Shown here piece by piece: positions 49,400-61,901 of a stretch of 64,000 nucleotides of DNA. The DNA is from Eledone cirrhosa. Lineage: Eukaryota. How positions within the stretch are numbered: the first letter of the stretch is position 1; each line of letters begins with the position of its first letter. The position numbers were made by a program, and so were the translations under genes. Below the pieces are notes generated by a model. It searched no databases and was not told the origin of the DNA. It saw only the letters and a list, made by a program, of their open reading frames with translations. The DNA lies in the NCBI GenBank assembly GCA_964016885.1, contig OZ024744.1, forward strand, positions 41,540,001-41,604,000, in the 5' to 3' direction.

Positions 49400-50442
49400 C
49401 CGGCTACTGTACTTTCTGAACACCCTCCACCACTGCTGATTTTGTCACCCAGGTAACGGAAAGTGTCTACTATTTCTATAGAACCATCTGAGCAATAGAA
49501 GGGGCTAGTATCCTGTGGACACTTGCTACCTATTGCACCTGAGCATCGGCCACATATAAAGTCTACGTTCTTAGATAGTTTACCTGTGATCCCACTACAT
49601 CCTTTATGTACCCATACTTTGCATTTGGGACATAATATTGAATTTCTGCCTACTCCTTTCCTACACACTGAGCAAGTCCATTTCCCTGAGGGTACCTGTG
49701 CCGTATTTTCCTTTCTACAAACTAGAACTTTAGTCTTAGACAAGTTAACTTTCAGGTCTTTTGATTCTAGGCCATGCTTCCATGTTTGGAATTTCTTTTC
49801 TAGTTCAGCCATTGATTCAGCTATGAGCGTTAGATCATCTGCGTATAGGAGTTTCCAGTGGCAGCCGGTCTTGAACTTCTCTGTTATAGCCTGAAGGGCA
49901 ATAATAAATAGGAGGGGACTAAGGACAGAGCCTTGGTGAACACCAAATTTTACACTAAATTCTTCACAATATTCATTGTTAATTCTAACCTTACTGACTG
50001 TTTCATTATACATAGCTGGTATAGCTCTCACAAACCATTCATCTACACCTAGTTTTCTAAGAGCCCACCAGATAATGGAGCGGGGGACTCTGTCAAAGGC
50101 TTTCTCTGGGTCTACAAAAGCTAAGTAGAGGGGTTTACTTTTAGCTAGGTACTTCTCTTGTAGTTGTCGTACAAGGAAAAGAGCGTCTGTGGTACTTTTA
50201 CCTGACACGAACCCAAACTGCATTTCATCTAGATGAATTCGCTCTCTGATTAGTTGCGCTATAACTCTTTCTGTGACCTTCATGACCTGGTCAATTAACT
50301 TAATGCCTCTATAGTTTCCCCTATCTAGAGCATCCCCTTTACCCTTGTAGCAGTTAATGATGCTGCTACTCCAGTCTTTCGGTATGACCCCATTCTGTAT
50401 TACATGGTTAACTATACGGGTGACCATAGTATGTCCCACCAT
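49400..50442 (-). mobile_element. RTE family A internal RT fragment, open frame
   Basis: ORF 49324..50442, near identity to 7230-8270; LLYADD and PHD finger. Confidence 0.93.
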
Positions 50443-50920
50443 GTTATACTCTGAGGACCTACCCTTATCGAGTGCTTTGCTAACTCATTCCTATTGTAGG
50501 TCGACTTTGCTTGGCCACAACCAAACTTCGATTTTACTAAGCTTCCACTTGTATATACATATATATGGAGGCACATGGCTTAGTGGTTAGAGCATTGGCC
50601 TTGCAATCGAAAGGTTGTGAGTTCAATTCTCAGACCAGGTGATGTGCTGTTTCCTTGAGCAAGACACTTTATTTCACATTGCTCCAGTTTACTCAGCTGT
50701 AGAAATGAGATGATAGGGACTGGGGTCCATATCATTCCACTGCAAAGTGGTCGTGGAGGTGCCACGGCAAAAAAGCACCCAGCACTCACTGTAAATGAGG
50801 TTGGTGTTAGGAAGGGCATCCAGCTGTAGAAATCGAGCCAGAATCAGTTCCCGTCCCACCCTTGCAAGCAGGGAAAGAGCGGACGTAAAATGAAATGAAA
50901 TGAAATGAAATGAAATATAT

Positions 50921-51101
50921 ATAACGAAGGAATTGTAGTAAGGAACCAGATGGACCATAACGCACCAGAGTACTCAATACTTAGTGTAGTAGAGTGGGTA
51001 ATAGGAAAAGGTATGACCCCGATGGCTCAAAATTCTAAGTTAGTCCAGAAATAGCCGTCAAAACGGCTTGAACTCAGCCATTGGGGTCATACCTTTTCCT
51101 A

Positions 51102-51102
<1 letters not shown>
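50921..51102 (-). mobile_element. Short fold-back element in (TA)n; related to 55246-55442
   Basis: 27-bp arms at 51001-51027 and 51076-51102; shared tail motif tactctacta..aagtat..agtactctggtg. Confidence 0.6.
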
Positions 51103-51135
<33 letters not shown>

Positions 51136-51148
51136 CATATATAATATA

Positions 51149-51190
<42 letters not shown>

Positions 51191-51237
51191 AGGATTTCGC
51201 TTCAAGCATAGCTTTATACAATATGTATATGTATATT

Positions 51238-51448
51238 TTGTATCTCCAAAGAAATACAGGTTTAGGAAGCCGTTGCTATTCAAACACCGGGGGGAGGGGG
51301 GCTAACGCCCTCTGGTGATGTCCAGCAGAAGCAAGTGGGACAACTGTCTATGCATTTCAGGTTTAACTGGCCTTCGGCAGGACGGTCCCTCCCACTGCTT
51401 GTTTGAATAGCAACGGCTTCCTAAACCTGTATTTCTTTGGAGATACAA
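51238..51448. repeat. Fold-back element with perfect ~49-bp inverted arms and a GC-rich structured interior
   Basis: ttgtatctccaaagaaatacaggtttaggaagccgttgctattcaaaca and its exact reverse complement. Confidence 0.85.
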
Positions 51449-51799
51449 TATATATATCATTTCATTTCATTTTACGTCCACTTTTCCCTGCTTGCAAGGG
51501 TGGGGCGGGAACTGATTCTGGCTTGATTTCTACAGCTGGATGCCCTTCCTAACACCAACCTCATTTACAGTGAGTGCTGGGTGCTTTTTTGCCGTGGCAC
51601 CTCCACGACCACTTTGCAGTGGAATGATATGGACCCCAGTCCCTATCATCTCATTTCTACAGCTGAGTAAACTGGAGCAATGTGAAATAAAGTGTCTTGC
51701 TCAAGGAAACAACACATCACCCGGTCTGAGAATTGAACTCACAACCTTTCGATTGCAAGGCCAATGCTCTAACCACTAAGCCATGTGCCTATATATACA

Positions 51800-52245
51800 T
51801 ATCTATCAAAGATATATATTGAGTTAGAAACTCAAAATAGTCTCTTACAATAAAATAGCTCTAGGAAAGAGATATTTCCAAGCCGTATATTATAATTGAA
51901 TATAAAAGAAAAACCAACATAGTTATATAGATATATGTGTTCCAATCGTAAGGGACCAGATTCGCTAAGGTGAAAAGAATACTAACTATAGACAATAGGG
52001 TTTGCCTGTCTCAATTTAAGAATAAATCAAGAAAATAAATACAAACCGGAATTGTGGTAACTACTGATCACCCAGACAACTTGGTGCTGTTTCACAATAT
52101 TAATTGTGAATAGAAATACCAATTCTTGCTCATCAGTGGATAAAGAATTAGTATCCTGGTCACTTCTAAGTATATTAAAAAAACTGATATATATATATAT
52201 GTATATATCTGTGTTTGTCTTTCTTTTATATTCAATTATTATATA
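51800..52245 (-). mobile_element. Short Penelope-type fold-back element carrying a hammerhead
   Basis: Imperfect inverted arms at about 51888-51937 and 52195-52245; hammerhead between them; TA-rich flanks. Confidence 0.6.
52070..52141 (-). ncRNA. Type I hammerhead ribozyme, canonical core
   Basis: Minus strand AUCCA-CUGAUGA-GCAA(28 nt)UUGU-GAAA-CAGC(ACCAA)GUUG-UC-UGGGU with a GUC triplet. Confidence 0.8.
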
Positions 52246-52638
52246 TATCATCATCATCATTATCATTTTACGTCCGCTTTTCCCTGCTTGCAAGGGTGGA
52301 ACGGGAACTGATTTTGGCTTGATTTCTACAGCTGGATGCCCTTCCTAACACCAACCTCATTTACAGTGAGTGCTGGGTGCTTTTTTGCCGTGGCACCTCC
52401 ACGACCACTTTGCATTGGAATGATAGGGACCCCAGTCCCTATCATCTCATTTCTACAGCTGAGTAAACTGGAGCAATGTGAAATAAAGTGTCTTGCTCAA
52501 GGAAACAACACATCACCCGGTCTGAGATTTGAACTCACAACCTTTCGATTGCAAGGCCAATGCTCTAACCACTAAGCCATGTGCCTCCATATGTTCTTGT
52601 TGACTAAGCCATGTGCCAACAAATGTTCTTGTTGACTT

Positions 52639-52710
<72 letters not shown>

Positions 52711-53989
52711 TTACATATATATAATGTTAACATGGAGGCACATGGCTTAGTGGTTAGAGCATTGGCCTTGCAATTGAAAGGTTGTGAGTTCAATTCTCAG
52801 ACCAGGTGATGTGTTGTTTCCTTGAGCAAAACACTTTATTTCTCCAGTTTACTCAGCTGTAGAAATGAGATGATAGGGACTGGGGTCCCTATCATTCCAC
52901 TGCAAAGTGGTCGTGGAAGTGCCATGGCAAAAAAGCACCCCGCACTCACTGTAAATGAGGTTGGTGTTAGGAAGGGCATCCAGCTGTAGAAATCAAGCCA
53001 GAGTCAGTTCCCGTCCCACCCTTGCAAGCAGGGAAAAAGCGGACGTAAAATGAAATGATGATGAATGATGATGATATAACATATGTTAAGTCAACAAGAA
53101 CATTTGCTCAGACACATATGTATGCATTTACATATTTGTGAACATATATTTACACCAATAGATAAAGTGTGAAAGTTAATCATATAAACATGTACATACA
53201 CAGGCACACATACAGTCACTCATGCACACACATACACTCCCAAACACTATACACATGGGAAAATATAGAGAGAGAGAAGGAAAAACACAAAAACCAAAAT
53301 ATGTATTTTCATTTGTACAAATACACACATTCCCGTATCGTATAATATAGTGTCAGGCTAACTAATTCCTTGTGACAGGATGTGGTAAATGGAAACCGTG
53401 AGGAGGCCCATTATAGCATTATCATTGTCATCATTTCACATCTGCTTTCGATGCTAGCATTACGTGGACAATCTATACATTTGTATATTCCATTTTTGGC
53501 ATAATTGTCCTTTCCTAAATCCAGCCACTTTACAGAGTGTACTCAATACATTTTATCATGGCACCAGCACTGGAAATGTCAGAATATCCTTAGCTGAACC
53601 TAAAGGTTCTTTCAACTCCACATCGTCTCTGTTTAATCACTTCCTCTTTTCAGTGTGAACTAGTAGCATATTATTGCAACACTAGCCCTAGTTAGCTTGG
53701 ATCTTACAGAATTAAAGGGTTTCAAAGTACCATATGTTAATTCTGTTTATTTACGGCAACATGGCCAAGAGTGTGATTAAAGAAAGAATAATGATAGAAG
53801 GACCAGAGTAAGTAGGTGAGGGGTAAACAAATTGAGAGAAATAGAATGAACTGGAACGAGTAGAGGACAGATAAGAGGGGAATAAGAAAGAGACCATGCT
53901 AGAAGGAGAAATAGAGAGCAATGGAGGGGAGATGAAGAAGTGAGAGTAGCACGGTTTAGCTTCTTGGGATGAATCTTCACCACTTTATC

Positions 53990-54380
53990 CCGTTTTAATG
54001 AGGTTATCCTCATCCAAAGATTCCATACACATTGATTGCCTCACACATATTTACACAGCTGTCATCCTCCATATGGATCACATACCTATAGCAGTTCAAT
54101 TGTATCTCATGTGCACTACATCTGATTCCTCTTACACCCAGATTTTCTTGAAGTATATTTGTGCTCTGTTGTTCAAACAGACTAATGTTACATATCCACT
54201 GGAGAATGCTCACTTCATTTCCTTCTGGCCTTCTCAAATACTTTGCATTCATGATCCCTCATTCCTATGAAGCATCACACATTGTACACAAGTGTTATAT
54301 CATCTCTCCTTCATTCTGAGAGAGAAATCCTGTTGTCAGCAAAAGCAAGAGCTCCTTGAAGTTTCTCCATTTGGTTCTTA
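53990..54380 (-). mobile_element. Highly degenerate RTE 3' fragment
   Basis: Peptide RR.EGNEVSILQWICN...LGVRGIRC. Confidence 0.65.
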
Positions 54381-54857
54381 TTATGATGATGATACAAACA
54401 CATATAAAAAAAAAAAAACCCAAAACAAAAAAAAAACCAGCAGGATTCAAACCCAGAATGCTGAGAAATGTAAGTAAATTTTGCAAGGTGCATTTGTTTT
54501 TTTCCACCATTTTCCCAAATCTTCAAATCTGATAATAATACCTCTTTTCTATTGTAAAATCGAAAATGAACAATTTTTTTAAAGATGTAAAATGAAAATA
54601 AAAAATAAAAAAATAAAACAAAATCAATGGTGTAATCAAATAATCAATAACCCAATGAATTGATTCAATAATGAACTTTCAATACTGAACTTTTAATCAA
54701 TTAATCTATTTAAATCATCGTGAAATCATTGTCACCCACGTATTTTTGTATGAAATATTGCAGCTCGTAACTGCCAATACTTCTGGCATAGTTTAGCAAA
54801 ATTAACACAACTACCATATGTGTCTGTTACGTGTGTGTGTGTGTATATATATATATT

Positions 54858-55230
54858 ATCATCATCATCATCATCATTTTACATCCGCTTTTCCCTGCTT
54901 TCAAGGGTGAGACGGGTCCTATTCAACACAGCATCTCTCCACTTGTCACGGTCCTTTGTCATCTCCACCGTGAGTTTCAGCGATCTGAGGTCTGCTCTCA
55001 CCACCTCCGCCCATGTTTTTCGTGGTCTACCTCTACTGCGTCTTCCTTCTACTGGGATTTCTTGGCACTTCTTTACCCAGCGGTCATCCTCCATGCGCAG
55101 CACATGTCCATACCATCTCAGCCTTCTCTCCTGCACACCACAACTTATCTCTCTTATACCCAGTTTCTTTCTCAACTCGTCTATGCTTAGTCCTTCACGA
55201 ACATTGACATTGCACATCCAACGGAGCATA
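54858..55230 (-). mobile_element. RTE family B 3' fragment
   Basis: ORF 54879..55229 MLRWMCNV...RLRWYGHV...GRPRKTW; (GAT)n tail. Confidence 0.9.
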
Positions 55231-55245
55231 CATGTATGTATATAT

Positions 55246-55442
55246 TTATATGGAAGAGTCGGGAACCCAATGGCTGAGCTCTTGCCATTTCAACAGCTAG
55301 TACCAGACCCTTGAAATAGCAAGAGCTTAGCCATCAGGGTCCTGAGTCTTTCATATAACCATACTCTACTACCCCAAGTATCAAGTACTCTGGTGAGTAA
55401 TGGCATAATCAGGTTTTTACTGTTTCCATATTGATTTATGAA
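55246..55442 (+). mobile_element. Short fold-back element, relative of 50921-51102
   Basis: Imperfect ~45-bp arms (tggaagagtcgggaacccaatggctgagctcttgccatttcaa / ttgaaatagcaagagcttagccatcagggtcctgagtctttca) plus the shared tail. Confidence 0.6.
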
Positions 55443-55849
55443 TATATATATACATGTGTGTGTGTGTTTGTAGTAACTACTGTAGGATATTATTTACTGT
55501 CAGTTGTTGGTGAAGTCTTTACCAGAATACTTCTTAATTGCTAGCTCCAACCATTCTGCCTTAATCACAATGGCATTTCTTTCTTAATCAAGGAACAATA
55601 GACATGATATTCATAGCTTTTCAAGTTGAAAAGAAGTGCTTAGTGTATCAGATTTATGAGCTCAGTTCAAAATTTCAAGCAATTTTACTACTTTGATATA
55701 AAAACGTCTGAAACTGCATCCGGTTCTATGATATAATACTGTTTGTTTTAAAGTGTTATCTATCTATCTAGAATCCTTTCATCATAATTTTATGTAGGAA
55801 TTTATATAATGTTCCAAACACCAGTTTAGTAAGGAGAAACATGAAAGCA

Positions 55850-57200
55850 TAGGTTTATTTAACAGTGAACTGTTAGAAACAATCCTTGAGAAAAATAGAG
55901 TAAACCAGCATTATCTACTTGCTCCCACCTTCTTTGGAATATTGTTCACTGTTGTGTTAAAAAAAGCATTTGTTGATCACAATATTGGCATTTATATTAG
56001 ATATTGAATAATAGGAAAACTGTTTATTGTGTCATTTTTTTTAACTATCAAAGAACGTCATCACACTGATTCAAAACTTGCTATATATGTGATCTCATTA
56101 CTCATGGTGAAGCTGACTTACAGTATGTGATGAGTCTGGATTAACAAGTGATGTTAAAATTACTGTTGTGATATATCATCTAACACATGGAGAGCCTTAT
56201 CATATGCCTACCATTTATATTTAACCTTTTTCATACTACAATGCCTGAAATCACCCCTTTGTTCTACAATACAAGATGTTTATGATTATTTTTTTTATTT
56301 TTAATGTTTATAATTATTTAAAAACCTATAGTGATTTCATATAGGAACCTTTGTTATGTTCTAAACACCAGCTTAATAATGAGAAAGTTAGTTATTTTAT
56401 TAAATCCCCTGAATTCTTGATTATTTTCAAAATTATCTGTAAACCATAGGCAGTGTCTTTAAATAGAAATATGGTAACAGGAACATTAAGGGGTATAGTT
56501 TAAGGCTGTGAATAAGTTTGTATACCTCATTAGTACATTTTGCTAATTCAGTGCTGTGAATAAAGAAATTTGTTACAGGATTTCATAAACTTCTAATACA
56601 TATGGTTACAGTCAGATATGAATGCCAACACTAAAATAGATGTGTATTGGGTATATGTGCTTACAGCATTGCTATATGGGTATGGTATATGGATAACATA
56701 TGGCAGATATCTTCAGCATATAGAATGTTTCTACCAGCAGTGCTTGCAGTATATTACGAGAATTTCTTGGAAGCCTTTTGTGTCTGATACAGAATTGCTA
56801 CATCAAGCTCATTTGTCTAATGAGCAGTCCATGACTATGAAACAATAACTTAGATGGCTTGGTTACATAGAATTCCTGGAGATTAGGTGATTGCCAAAAC
56901 AAGTACTGCAGAGCAAGCTAAATCAGAGAAAGTACTTGCAATGTAAGCCAAGGGAAATATATAAATATATGCCAGAAAGATGCACAAAAGAAAACCAACA
57001 TGTCTCCAACAATTAAGAATATCATGCATCAGACAGATGTCTGTGGTGAACTCTGATTGGAAAGCTTCATACTAAGCACCTAGCATATGTCTAATTGAAA
57101 TGGATTGTACAACATATGGAGTCCATAGTAGAACTTCTAGGAAAAAGCTCCAAACAGTTCCAACAATGCAAAATCTATTATAGTTTTTTTATTTTCAAAA
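55850..57200 (+). mobile_element. Old BovB-like RTE remnant interrupted by a MITE (56221-56490)
   Basis: Peptides LAPTFFGILF and TKIDVY..YVLTALLYG...LRWLG...LPKQVL. Confidence 0.65.
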
Positions 57201-57475
57201 GTGGGTTTAACCATTTCATGACCACAACGTGGAAAGAGGACGTTAAATGATGATGATGATGATTTCTAATGAAATACACTTTTAATTAATTAATCAATAA
57301 TTTTTCAAAAGATTTACAAAAAATATTAATTATTTCATTACTAAGAGAATAACTTAACATATGGTTCTTGTATAAAATTGTTAGAAGCTTTTAATTCAAA
57401 CAAGAACTCTTGAAAATGGGTGACTTTGTTTCATAAGACCAGAGTCAGTTTTGGTTGGGTTAGTATCAAAAAGGA

Positions 57476-57657
57476 TTAGCCCTTTAACATGTACATTTCT
57501 CTATATTTTTCATGGTAAAGGCGTTGAGATTTTGATATTATTTATTTTGAGAACAATACCTTAACATCAGTATGAGTGGCTAGTTATGGCCGGTTTGAAC
57601 AGAAAGAGGTGAGAGAATTCTAGCCAGATATGGCTTGTTTAAAAGCTAAAAGGTTAA
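57476..57657 (-). mobile_element. TTAA-type MITE, family 1
   Basis: Reverse-complement homolog of 59348-59555. Confidence 0.65.
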
Positions 57658-58314
57658 TTAATCATGCTACTAATAATATTCAAAACTAAAAATACTATAA
57701 AATAATATAAACATGTAATTTGTGCAAAACAAAGTGTGCTGTTCTGAAGGTGGGTTAAGACACTATTTCAAAGCATGCAACACAAATGAATGAAATCTAT
57801 TTTATAGCTTATGCTGCAACCCATAGGCTGTACTAAAGACTCCTTTCAAAAGTCATCAGTTACAAGAACACTTATGCTAAGAAATGCCGTCAGTGTAGTA
57901 CAAGAGGTGGTTGTACTTTCATGACATATGTTTGTATTTGCTTGTATGAACGTTTTCATGTGTGTGTGTGTGCGTGCATGTGTGTGTGTGAGAGTCTGTG
58001 TGTGTATATATTTACATATGTAATGAGTATATATGTGTAAATATGTATTTGTATACATATATATATATATATATAGTAATACAGGTGAATGTATTTGTAC
58101 AAACATTATAAATCGACATGTCTCTGTAGTATGTGTGTGTGTGTATGTGTGTGTACGTGTATACATGTACTATGAATGCACGTGATTGCAAATATATACT
58201 CCTTCCAGGAAACTCCAAGGGAGAATCTTTGAAACATTTTGAAGGCTGTGAATAAAATTGCTTTGTTCTTTCTTGGAAACTTCCAGCATTTCCTGGCTTT
58301 TATGTTTGTATGTA

Positions 58315-58660
58315 TCATCATTTCATCATCATTTCATTTTACATCCGCTTTTTCCCTGCTTGCAAGGGTGGGATGGGAACTGATTTTGGCTTGATTTCTA
58401 CAGCTGGATGCCCTTCCTAACATCAACCTCATTTACAGTGAGTGCTGGGTGCTTTTTTGCCGTAGCACCTCCACAACCACTTTGCAGTGGAATGATAGGG
58501 ACCTCAGTCCCTATCATCTCATTTCTACAGCTGAGTAAACTGGAGTAATGTGAAATAAAGTGTCTTGCTCAAGGAAACAACACATCACCCAGTCTGAGAT
58601 TTGAACTTAAAACCTTTCGTTTGCAAGGCCAATGCTCTAACCACTAAGCCATGTGCCTCC
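58315..58660 (-). mobile_element. CORE-type tRNA SINE
   Basis: Reverse complement of 15788-16128. Confidence 0.9.
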
Positions 58661-58859
58661 ATGTATGTATGCATGTGTATATGTGTGTACATGTATGTAT
58701 CTGTATATGTGTATGTATGTATGTATCTGTATATGTGAATGCATATATGTATCTGTATATGTCTGCGCATGTATGTATCTGTATATGTGTGTGCATGTGT
58801 GTATATCATATGTACAAATGAAGTTGTGAAGATATTTGTTCCAAGAAAAAACAAATGAA

Positions 58860-59347
58860 TAATCTTTGAATCATTTTTCAAATGTTCACAGTACCACTAA
58901 TCGATTGGATTTCAAGAATCTATGTCAATTTGTTTTGTACTTACCTTGAAAGCGCCAGATTTTCTAGATTTTTGTGTAAATCTATTGTTACATAGTCCAG
59001 TGTATTTATGATAAAGGTACAAATGAAACGTACAGTCAGGATACAAGAGCTGCAAGTTATCATATATGTTTACCTTCACTTCAACCTTAGGTAATATATT
59101 CATATTTGCTGGACAGCTGACCTCTATCTACCATGGTACATAACTTTTTTCCACTATACCATAGAACTATACCAATAGTCTTCTGTATTTGCACCAAATT
59201 GCTGTTTCGATTGGAATGTTCCACCAATGTTCCTTATTTTGAAAGGTGTGGATACATTCTGGTTTAGCCACCAGGAGAATACTTCTGGCACAGAGCATTG
59301 TAAATAGTTTTTGGCAACAATTTCATATCTCATGGGAGGAAAGTGCC
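58860..59347 (-). mobile_element. Degenerate R4/Dong-like 3' fragment
   Basis: Minus-strand peptides PMRYEIVAK, FSWW and KVNIYDNLQLLYPDCTF. Confidence 0.65.
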
Positions 59348-59555
59348 TTAACCTTTTAGCACTTAAACCGGACATATCCGGCCAGAATTCTCTCACCTCT
59401 TTCTGTTAAAACAGGCTGTAGCTGGCTGTTCATACTGATTTTAAGCTATTGTTCTCAAACTAAATAATATCAAAATTCCATAGATTTGATATTATGTGAG
59501 ATAATCATGAAAATACAATAGTACATATAGAGAAATGTAAACAGTAAAGGGTTAA
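59348..59555 (+). mobile_element. TTAA-type (piggyBac-like) MITE, family 1
   Basis: TTAA-ccttttag ... taaaggg-TTAA ends; multiple copies in the window. Confidence 0.7.
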
Positions 59556-59984
59556 TTTAGTTACCATGAGATGGAAAATAATGGAGCAAGGCAGTGATGT
59601 AATTACAACTAAAATATGATAAAAAAATTCTGAATCATCCAATGATACAAGCTTGGACAGTGTAGGAAAATTCTCTTTAGTGTGCAGAACTCCAGATGCA
59701 GGCTACCTCATGGTCCCAGTGAAAAGAATGGAGAAAATGTTGCTCTGTAGGATAGCAAAGGGCTCACTACTCATGGGGCTCACTACTGTGGATGACCAAC
59801 TCTGCCTCTATGGCAGTGAGTAAGGAGGTCATTCAAGGAACAAGAATGCCAGAGGTTTTAGCAGCTGATGATGGTGTATGCAATAACTTCCACATTTGTA
59901 TAGTATAATCAAAAATGTCTACGACAATGTCTAGTCTTAGAAGCATCTTTATCTATATTGTTGATCAGATATTTAGTGTTTGCC

Positions 59985-60390
59985 TCATCATCATCACTGT
60001 TTTATGTCCGTTCTTCCACGCTAGCATGGGTTAGACGGGTTGTCCTGTCGTGGGCAGTGTCTGGTCGGCTGATCTTGTCTTGCTCATACGGGAACTGACT
60101 CTGGCTTGATTTCTACAGCTGGATGCCCTTCCTAACACCAACCTCATTTACAGTGAGTGCTGGGTGCTTTTTTTTCCGTGGCGCCTACACGTCCACTTTA
60201 CAGTGTGGGCTGGGTGCTTTTGTGTCATGGCACCTCCATGACCACTTTGCAGTGGGAGGGTGTGGGGGTATATTGTCTATATGCTTCAGCTTCGGCTTGT
60301 ACCCGTTGGGGGTCGGGCCTTCTGTATTACTGCGTGACGCCAGGGGTTACGGTCGTATGTCATCGCCTATGAGAGGTGTAATTGGTTCCT
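59985..60390 (-). mobile_element. RTE family C 3' end
   Basis: Reverse complement of 63290-63675. Confidence 0.8.
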
Positions 60391-60637
60391 GAATATCAAA
60401 GATGTTGTCTCCTTTCAGGTGAGATGTGATGTATCTATTCCAAATCCTACTATACCAGGTCTGCTATATTATATATTGCTACCAATATTCTTGGTGTTGG
60501 TGTTGATGTAAATAGACATTCAATGACATGGATTTTCTCCATATTTATCTCAGAGTAGTTCTTTCTAGAAATGGCATTGTACCTATGTGTGTGTTTATGT
60601 GTGTATATATGTATGTATGTATGTCACATGGTATGTA

Positions 60638-60835
60638 TGTCGTCACATGGTACCATGGGCCCAGCACTATGTGTCAATAATTGTCACAAGTGTAGTGTTT
60701 GTACCAGAGTTTTCAAGTCGCTGGCTGGACTAAAAAGTCACACTCGTTCAGCGCATCGGTAGGGGTTCTCCTACATGGATATAAAGTAGTGGCCATACTC
60801 AAAAACGAGTTGGCAGCCACCATGTATGTATGTAT
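60638..60835 (+). mobile_element. Truncated copy of the bipartite RTE-type element
   Basis: Peptide [22 protein letters not shown] followed by (TATG)n. Confidence 0.85.
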
Positions 60836-61276
60836 GTAAGTATGTAGGTATGTATGTATGTCTGTGTTTATGTGTGTATATATGTGTGTATATATGTGTG
60901 TATATATGTGTGTATGTATGTATGCATGTATGCACGTATGTATGTTTTTTGTATGTATGTACGTACATACAAGTGTATGTATGTGTATATGTATATATGT
61001 ACGTATGTATGTGTGTGTATGTATGTATAAATGTATGAATGTGTGTATGTATGTACATATGTATGTATATATATATATGTATGTATGTATGTGTATATAT
61101 ATGTATGTATGAGTGAGATTTATTTAAGTTATTCTTTGCTGAAATCAAGCTGGTCATTAACAAAATGAAAAAAGCATCTTTGTTTGGGTCAAGACAATTC
61201 CAGGGAAATGTGAATATTTATGTAAATGAGTTAATGTGTACATATATTTGGGGGTGTATGTATAAATTGTACTTCT

Positions 61277-61476
61277 GGGGGTGGGTTGAAAAGTTCATAG
61301 GGCTGACTATGAAGAAGTGATGCTAGAGCTGTGAAATTTTGCATGCATTGATTTCAGATTTTCTTACTAAAAACTGCAGTGTTTCTTTCCAGGGACTATG
61401 TTGAAAAATAAACCTCATTTGGTCATTCCATGAGAGTATCTTGGTCAACCTATGAACTTTTTAGCTGACCCTTGTA
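61277..61476 (+). mobile_element. Mariner-type MITE, about 200 bp
   Basis: TIR-like gggtgggttgaaaagttcatagg / cctatgaactttttagctgaccc-ttg-TA; second copy at 62402. Confidence 0.7.
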
Positions 61477-61513
61477 CACTTATATAATGATTTCTAATTT
61501 AGGAACGAGACCA

Positions 61514-61901
61514 CCCTTTAACATTTACATTACTCTATATTTACTATTGTATTTTCGCAGTAAAGGCTTTACCTCACATAATATGGAATCTATGAGATTA
61601 GATTGGCAGTATTGGTAGAGGGTCAGATGCCATACTTTGCAGCATAGAGTTATGCCTCTTTACGGTCTGAGTTCAAATCCCGCCGAGGTTAACTTTGCCT
61701 TTCATCCTAATGGGGTCGATAAAATAAAGTACCAGTAATGCCCTGGTATAATTGCTGGCCTTGTGCCAAAAGTAGAAACAATTATTTATTTTGAGAGCAA
61801 TACCATAACATTATTATGAGGGGCCAATTATGGACAGTTTGAACAGAAAAAGGTGAGAGAATTGTGGCCGGATATGGCTGGTTTAAATGCTAAAGGGTTA
61901 A
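61514..61901 (-). mobile_element. TTAA-type MITE (family 1) with a nested Meta-type SINE (61601-61787, +)
   Basis: MITE halves flank the SINE; ends aatgctaaagggTTAA. Confidence 0.7.

Larger units (their letters stand above)
50568..53075. mobile_element. Cluster of four near-identical CORE-type SINEs: 50568-50915 (+), 51458-51790 (-), 52248-52589 (-), 52733-53075 (+)
   Basis: Each matches 15788-16128. Confidence 0.92.

Noticed and set aside
50446-50510. CTGAGGA with a gacctac/gtaggtc stem
   Set aside because: Followed by GACT rather than GAAA, and no stem I partner
50580-52575. Repeated 79-aa ORF MPFLTPTSFTV...
   Set aside because: Antisense reading of the SINE; identity reflects recent copying, not coding constraint
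59860-59910. CTGATGA motif (also 12177 TTGATGA and 31582 CTGAAGA)
   Set aside because: No compatible stems or cleavage triplet
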